From an uncultured Gammaproteobacteria bacterium (GTDB taxonomy: Bacteria; Patescibacteriota; Microgenomatia; Levybacterales; UBA12049), in assembly GCA_964503265.1 (NCBI GenBank), contig CAZCYO010000001.1, positions 290,064 through 354,063 on the forward strand: a stretch of DNA of 64,000 nucleotides. The letters are read 5' to 3'. Positions 63,914-64,000 of this stretch are shown here, one piece after another. The notes under the pieces are model-generated. The model was not told where the DNA came from. It searched no databases and saw only the letters and a list, made by a program, of their open reading frames with translations. The first letter of the stretch is position 1; each line of letters starts with the position of its first letter. The translations under genes were made by a program, and so were the position numbers.

Positions 63914-64000
63914 ATGACTATTCTCTTTTTAACAAATAATCCAGAAGGATATCAACATATTTCATCAGATCATATAGAGGAAATAAAACGAGCGAATCCG
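63914..64000 (+). CDS. Start of an ORF running off the window (unknown)
   Basis: ATG at 63914 opens a frame to the window end (MTILFLTNNPEGYQHISSDHIEEIKRANP). Confidence 0.2.
   Translation, partial: MTILFLTNNPEGYQHISSDHIEEIKRANP

Noticed and set aside
1-64000. CRISPR arrays, rRNA genes, integrase/transposase/phage structural genes
   Set aside because: No regularly spaced direct repeats, no rRNA-like segments, and no recognisable recombinase or transposase motifs were seen. Mobility signals are limited to the hairpin repeats and GIY-YIG ORFs.

Overview
This is a low-GC (about 33-38%), gene-dense bacterial window that looks like a reduced-genome lineage, possibly Candidate Phyla Radiation/Patescibacteria. 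That lineage assignment is an inference only, based on small housekeeping proteins, stand-alone GIY-YIG ORFs, a sortase, giant fused glycosyltransferases and standard-code ORFs. The main contents are as follows. (1) A roughly 17 kb minus-strand cell-envelope glycan locus spans 2980-20685. It holds two clan GH-A glycoside hydrolases, a sortase with an LASTG-type substrate, two PMT/ArnT-like GT-C membrane proteins, a kinase-like::NodB deacetylase fusion, a GT2, a DegT aminotransferase, a GT4, and a 1558-aa GT2+GT2+flippase-like+GT4 mega-protein. The locus ends at tRNA-Glu. (2) There are four tRNAs: Glu-UUC, Lys-UUU, Lys-CUU and Arg-UCG. (3) Housekeeping genes include uvrA, uvrC, rnhB, secG, yidD, yvcK, yjjX, tlyA-like, a CsaA-like tRNA-binding protein, a rhodanese, a Y-family polymerase, a SerA::SerB fusion with a SerC-like gene, and a MacAB-like ABC efflux set. 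(4) Several genes are strikingly GC-rich (about 50-55%) and embedded in the AT-rich background: 22283-22999, 24037-24528, 26686-27738, 49744-50184 and 50816-51487. (5) The most unusual signal is a family of at least 15 short hairpin-forming repeats sharing TGTCATYC...GRATC(TCA) termini. Two inverted copies bracket a 78-aa GIY-YIG ORF, giving a candidate minimal mobile unit. Several inverted pairs occur with no ORF between them (MITE-like). Two copies sit in-frame inside coding sequences, one in uvrC and one in the SerB domain of SerA::SerB, and one overlaps the yidD start. A candidate T-box-like leader with a sigma70-like promoter and intrinsic terminator lies upstream of the serine-biosynthesis genes. 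All calls rest on motif recognition by eye; no database searches were run.
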